From positions 1 through 35,692 of the forward strand of contig JANNAJ010000264.1 in the NCBI GenBank assembly GCA_031384285.1: a DNA stretch of 35,692 bases, read 5' to 3'. Shown piece by piece: positions 32,477 to 35,692 of this stretch; the stretch's first letter is position 1, and the number at the start of each line of letters is the position of its first letter. A program made the translations under genes and the position numbers. The notes below the pieces were generated by a model. That model did no database searches, was not told the origin of the DNA, and saw only the letters and a program-made list of their open reading frames with translations. The stretch is from Verrucomicrobiota bacterium. Its GTDB lineage: Bacteria > Verrucomicrobiota > Verrucomicrobiia > Limisphaerales > UBA9464.

Positions 32477-33880
32477 ATGCAGCCCCGGCCGATCCTCCGC
32501 ACGGACCGACGTGATTTCCTCCGGCTCGCCGCCGGCGCGACCGTGGCCTCGGGCCTCGGCGCCTTCGGCACGTCGTCCGCGCAGGTTCCCGGCCAACGGC
32601 CGGCGCGCACGGCCGGCGTCTCCGTGCTCGGACCGCGGTCGCGCGTCCCGGTGGGCCTGATCATCGACGACTCGACCTGCCTGGTGAACCTGAACCGCTT
32701 CGCCATGCCGCAGTTCGACGCGGCCTTCTCCGGCGCCGCCGCGGTCTACCACCGGCCCTGGCGCGAGTGGCCGGTGGAGATCCCCGACGCCTTCGTGCGC
32801 AAGTTCGGCGAGTGGTGCGCCGGCGCCGGGGTGAAGGGCAAGTACAGCATCGTCCCCTTCCCCGCTTGCGTGGGCCGGATCGACCGCATGCTCCCGGGCT
32901 GGACACCGCAGGAGCTCCGGGACTCGATCGCGCTCGTCCGGTCCGTGATGGCGCCGAACTGGGACATCCATCCGGAGATGACCACCCACACCCGGGTGAT
33001 CGACCTCAAGACCGGGCATCCTTTCCAGGAATTGTCGCCGAAGTTCATGGAGAACTGGGAGTGGACCACCGGCCGCAGCGCCGACGAGATCGCTGCGTAC
33101 ATGGCGCACGCGCTGAGGATCCTCAAGGATATCGGCCTCCACTGCGACGGCATCACCACGCCGGGAAGCTTCGGCAACAAGGCCCTGCCTCAGCTGGCGC
33201 AGGCGACGTTGGACGCCGTCCGGAACGTGTCGAAGTCGGAGGTGCCGCACTACTTCCGGCACCTCTTCGACAAGGGCGACGAGAGCGTCGCCCCAAGGGT
33301 GGAACTTGCCGCGGGACTCGACGGACCGGACCCACGCTGCGTCGTGAGCATCATCGGTTGCACCGGCGATTGGACGGGCGGCTGGGACTGCACCACGCCC
33401 GGCGGTGCCGACAAGTTCATCACCGCCGACGGCCGGCACGGCCGCTTGGTCGACGTGATCGCCCGGGGCGAACCGGCGTTGATGGTGGCGCACTGGACCG
33501 GCATCTACTTCAACGGCTACGAGGTAGGCTTCGAGATCTTCAAGGAGGTCGTCGGCCGGCTGCACGTGCGGTTCGACAACCTCCTCTGGATGAAGCTCGG
33601 CGAGGTCTCCCGCTACTGGGCGGCGAAGGAGCTGACCCGCATCGGGCGCGACGAGCACGCGCTGGATCTCCACGCGCCGTTCGCCTGCCCTGATTTCACG
33701 GTCCGCTTCGAGGCGATGCCCGGCCGGGCTCCGGTCCTGCGCGCCGGCGCCGAGGAGACAGGCCTCAAGGAGGTCGCGGGACCGCTCGGTCTGTCATCCG
33801 GCACCTGGTGCCGCGCGGGAAACCAGGTCACCGCTTGCTTCGCCCTACCGCGCGGGGCGTCGCGTGTGTCCTTCGCCTGA
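32477..33880 (+). CDS. Tat-exported hypothetical protein (possible deacetylase/GH57-like barrel)
   Basis: Twin-arginine signal DRRDFLRLAAG...SSA, LIIDD near the mature N-terminus and HPEMTTH; codon usage matches the host pattern. Confidence 0.65.
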   Translation: MQPRPILRTDRRDFLRLAAGATVASGLGAFGTSSAQVPGQRPARTAGVSVLGPRSRVPVGLIIDDSTCLVNLNRFAMPQFDAAFSGAAAVYHRPWREWPVEIPDAFVRKFGEWCAGAGVKGKYSIVPFPACVGRIDRMLPGWTPQELRDSIALVRSVMAPNWDIHPEMTTHTRVIDLKTGHPFQELSPKFMENWEWTTGRSADEIAAYMAHALRILKDIGLHCDGITTPGSFGNKALPQLAQATLDAVRNVSKSEVPHYFRHLFDKGDESVAPRVELAAGLDGPDPRCVVSIIGCTGDWTGGWDCTTPGGADKFITADGRHGRLVDVIARGEPALMVAHWTGIYFNGYEVGFEIFKEVVGRLHVRFDNLLWMKLGEVSRYWAAKELTRIGRDEHALDLHAPFACPDFTVRFEAMPGRAPVLRAGAEETGLKEVAGPLGLSSGTWCRAGNQVTACFALPRGASRVSFA

Positions 33881-33977
33881 CCTCGTCACCACGACCCACA
33901 GCCGCGTGTGGCGGCCGTTGCTGGATCCGACGTGAAGAATCGCTCGCCTCGGTCCGTCTCTGGACGCCAGCTTACCG

Positions 33978-35692
33978 ATGATGCGACACGGCCATCCGAT
34001 CCGCTGGGCAGCGGCGCTCCTTTGCGCCGTCGCTTTCGTCGCGTGCGGCGCGGCGGGTCCGGAGACGGCGGAGTTCTTCGAGAAGCGCATCCGGCCCGTC
34101 CTCGCCGAGCACTGCTTCGAGTGCCATTCCGCAGATAGCAAGAAGCTGAAAGGCGGCCTTCGCACGGATTCTCGCGCCGGATTGCTCGCGGGCGGCGACA
34201 CCCGTCCCGCCGTCGTGCCGGGCGCCGCGGAGAAGAGCCTGCTCATCGAGGCCGTCCGCTACCGCGGTGCGGACCTCCAGATGCCTCCGAAAGGTCGCCT
34301 GCCGGACAGCGTCGTCGCCGATCTCGCCGCGTGGATCGACCAAGGAGCGACGTTCCCGGAAGCGGAGACCGGAACCGTCCGGACACGGCCCGGGGTGGAG
34401 CCGGAGAAGAAGCCTGACCATTGGGCCTTCCAGCCGGTCCGCGCGGTCCGGCCGCCCTCCGGGCCCGGCAAAAATCCCGACCCCAAGAACCCGATCGACC
34501 TCTTCATCGCGGCGAAGCTCGCCGAGCACGGACTCGTCCCGGCCCCGCCCGCCGACCGGCGCACCTTCATCCGCCGCGTCGCGTACGACCTCACCGGGCT
34601 GCCTCCCGGACCGGGCGAGGTCGAGGCCTTCGAGGCGGACCGCGCACCGGACGCGGCCGGACGCCTCGTGGAGCGTCTGCTCGCATCGCCAGGTTATGGC
34701 GAACGGTGGGGGCGGTGGTGGCTCGACGTTGCGCGCTACGCCGACACGAACGGGCAGGACGAAAACAAGGTGATGGCCAACGCGTGGCGTTATCGCGACT
34801 GGGTCATCCGCGCCTTCAACGACGACAAACCGTTCGACCAGTTCACCACCGAACAGCTCGCCGGCGACCTCATGCCGACCGAAGGGGTGCCCGAGAGGAC
34901 GGTCTTCGACCGCTGGACGGCCACCGGCCTTCTCGTGCTGGGCCCGAAGATGCTCGCCGAACAGGACAAGCCAAAGCTGGTGATGGACCTCGTCGACGAA
35001 CAGATCGACGTCGTGAGCCGCGCGTTCCTCGGCCTGACCGTCGGGTGCGCGCGCTGCCACGACCACAAGTTCGACCCCATCGCGGCACGCGACTACTACG
35101 CCTTGGCCGGCATCTTCAAGAGCACGCGCTCGATGGAGAACCTGGATTTCGTCTCCAAGTTCAACGAGCGACGGATCGCCTCGCGCGACCAGCTTGCCGT
35201 CATCGAAGCGCACGAGAGATCGACCGCCGCGAATGCGAAAGCCTCGGAATCTGCGGTCCACGCGGCCGATGCCGCGCTGGTCGCCGGCCGCCGGTCCGGG
35301 TTCGGCGGCTACCTCGCTGCCGCGACCAAAGGACCCACGGAGACCGCCGCGGCGGACCCAGAGATCGTCGGACGCCTCCGTTCCTTGCTCGGGGCCGATC
35401 CGGCGACCAACTCCGTCAGCCGGACCCTCCGCGCCGCGGCGGCCTCGCCGGACCGCCTCGCGAGATTGCTCGGCCCGGTCGACGCCGACGCCGGGGCCTC
35501 GGCGGGACTGCGCCTCGGGCCCGGCAAGGTCGGCGCCGGATTCGTCGCGACCGGCTCGAACCATCTCGAACTGCCGCACTCGTCCGCGCTCGACCCGGCG
35601 AAGCTCACGGTCGAGACCTGGGTCCGGGCCAAGGAGTTCGCGAAAGGCGGCGACGCGCGGCGTTGGCTGGTCGACAAGAACGCCGATGAATG
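33978..35692 (+). CDS. Planctomycete cytochrome c / DUF1549 (PSD1-type) protein with a LamG-like insert; 3' end beyond the window
   Basis: Not in the ORF track because there is no stop in the window. Reads MMRHGHPIRW...EFFEKRIRPVLAEHCFECH...HWAF...NPIDLFI...RRVAYDLTGLPP...YGERWGRWWLDVARYADT...CARCHDHKFDP, then LTVETWV (LamG-like). Confidence 0.9.
   Translation, partial: MMRHGHPIRWAAALLCAVAFVACGAAGPETAEFFEKRIRPVLAEHCFECHSADSKKLKGGLRTDSRAGLLAGGDTRPAVVPGAAEKSLLIEAVRYRGADLQMPPKGRLPDSVVADLAAWIDQGATFPEAETGTVRTRPGVEPEKKPDHWAFQPVRAVRPPSGPGKNPDPKNPIDLFIAAKLAEHGLVPAPPADRRTFIRRVAYDLTGLPPGPGEVEAFEADRAPDAAGRLVERLLASPGYGERWGRWWLDVARYADTNGQDENKVMANAWRYRDWVIRAFNDDKPFDQFTTEQLAGDLMPTEGVPERTVFDRWTATGLLVLGPKMLAEQDKPKLVMDLVDEQIDVVSRAFLGLTVGCARCHDHKFDPIAARDYYALAGIFKSTRSMENLDFVSKFNERRIASRDQLAVIEAHERSTAANAKASESAVHAADAALVAGRRSGFGGYLAAATKGPTETAAADPEIVGRLRSLLGADPATNSVSRTLRAAAASPDRLARLLGPVDADAGASAGLRLGPGKVGAGFVATGSNHLELPHSSALDPAKLTVETWVRAKEFAKGGDARRWLVDKNADE

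Overview
High-GC bacterial chromosome segment, most likely Verrucomicrobiota/PVC (inferred from the exosortase-EpsI fusion, the planctomycete cytochrome c/DUF1549 gene and the style of the DksA/L33/S18 proteins). From left to right: (1) an sdhC-sdhA-sdhB operon on the minus strand, interrupted between sdhA and sdhB by two accessory genes (a low-GC RDD-family gene and an ORF6N gene); (2) genes for a HAD hydrolase, a secreted CAP protein, Nnr and an NtrC-type regulator; (3) dksA-like-rpmG-rpsR, all Cys-poor forms, then a terminator, a perfect palindrome and znuA-znuC-znuB-zur-hslR; (4) an N-terminal-half-only carB whose 3' end is duplicated 1680 bp away, with an RsbRD_N histidine kinase gene between the two copies; (5) exosortase and TPR-like genes; (6) a tightly coupled four-gene redox operon (membrane-anchored FAD/NAD(P)H-2Fe-2S reductase, tandem cNMP-binding plus 4x[4Fe-4S] protein, His-containing membrane protein, decaheme cytochrome c) with a divergent tetraheme cytochrome, which is the best candidate for an undescribed system; (7) genes for a polytopic membrane protein, a PLDc_N/TPR protein, a phospholipase D, a Tat-exported hypothetical protein and a partial PSCyt/DUF1549 protein. 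I saw no tRNA, rRNA, CRISPR array, integrase or transposase. All calls come from motif recognition by eye; no database searches were run.
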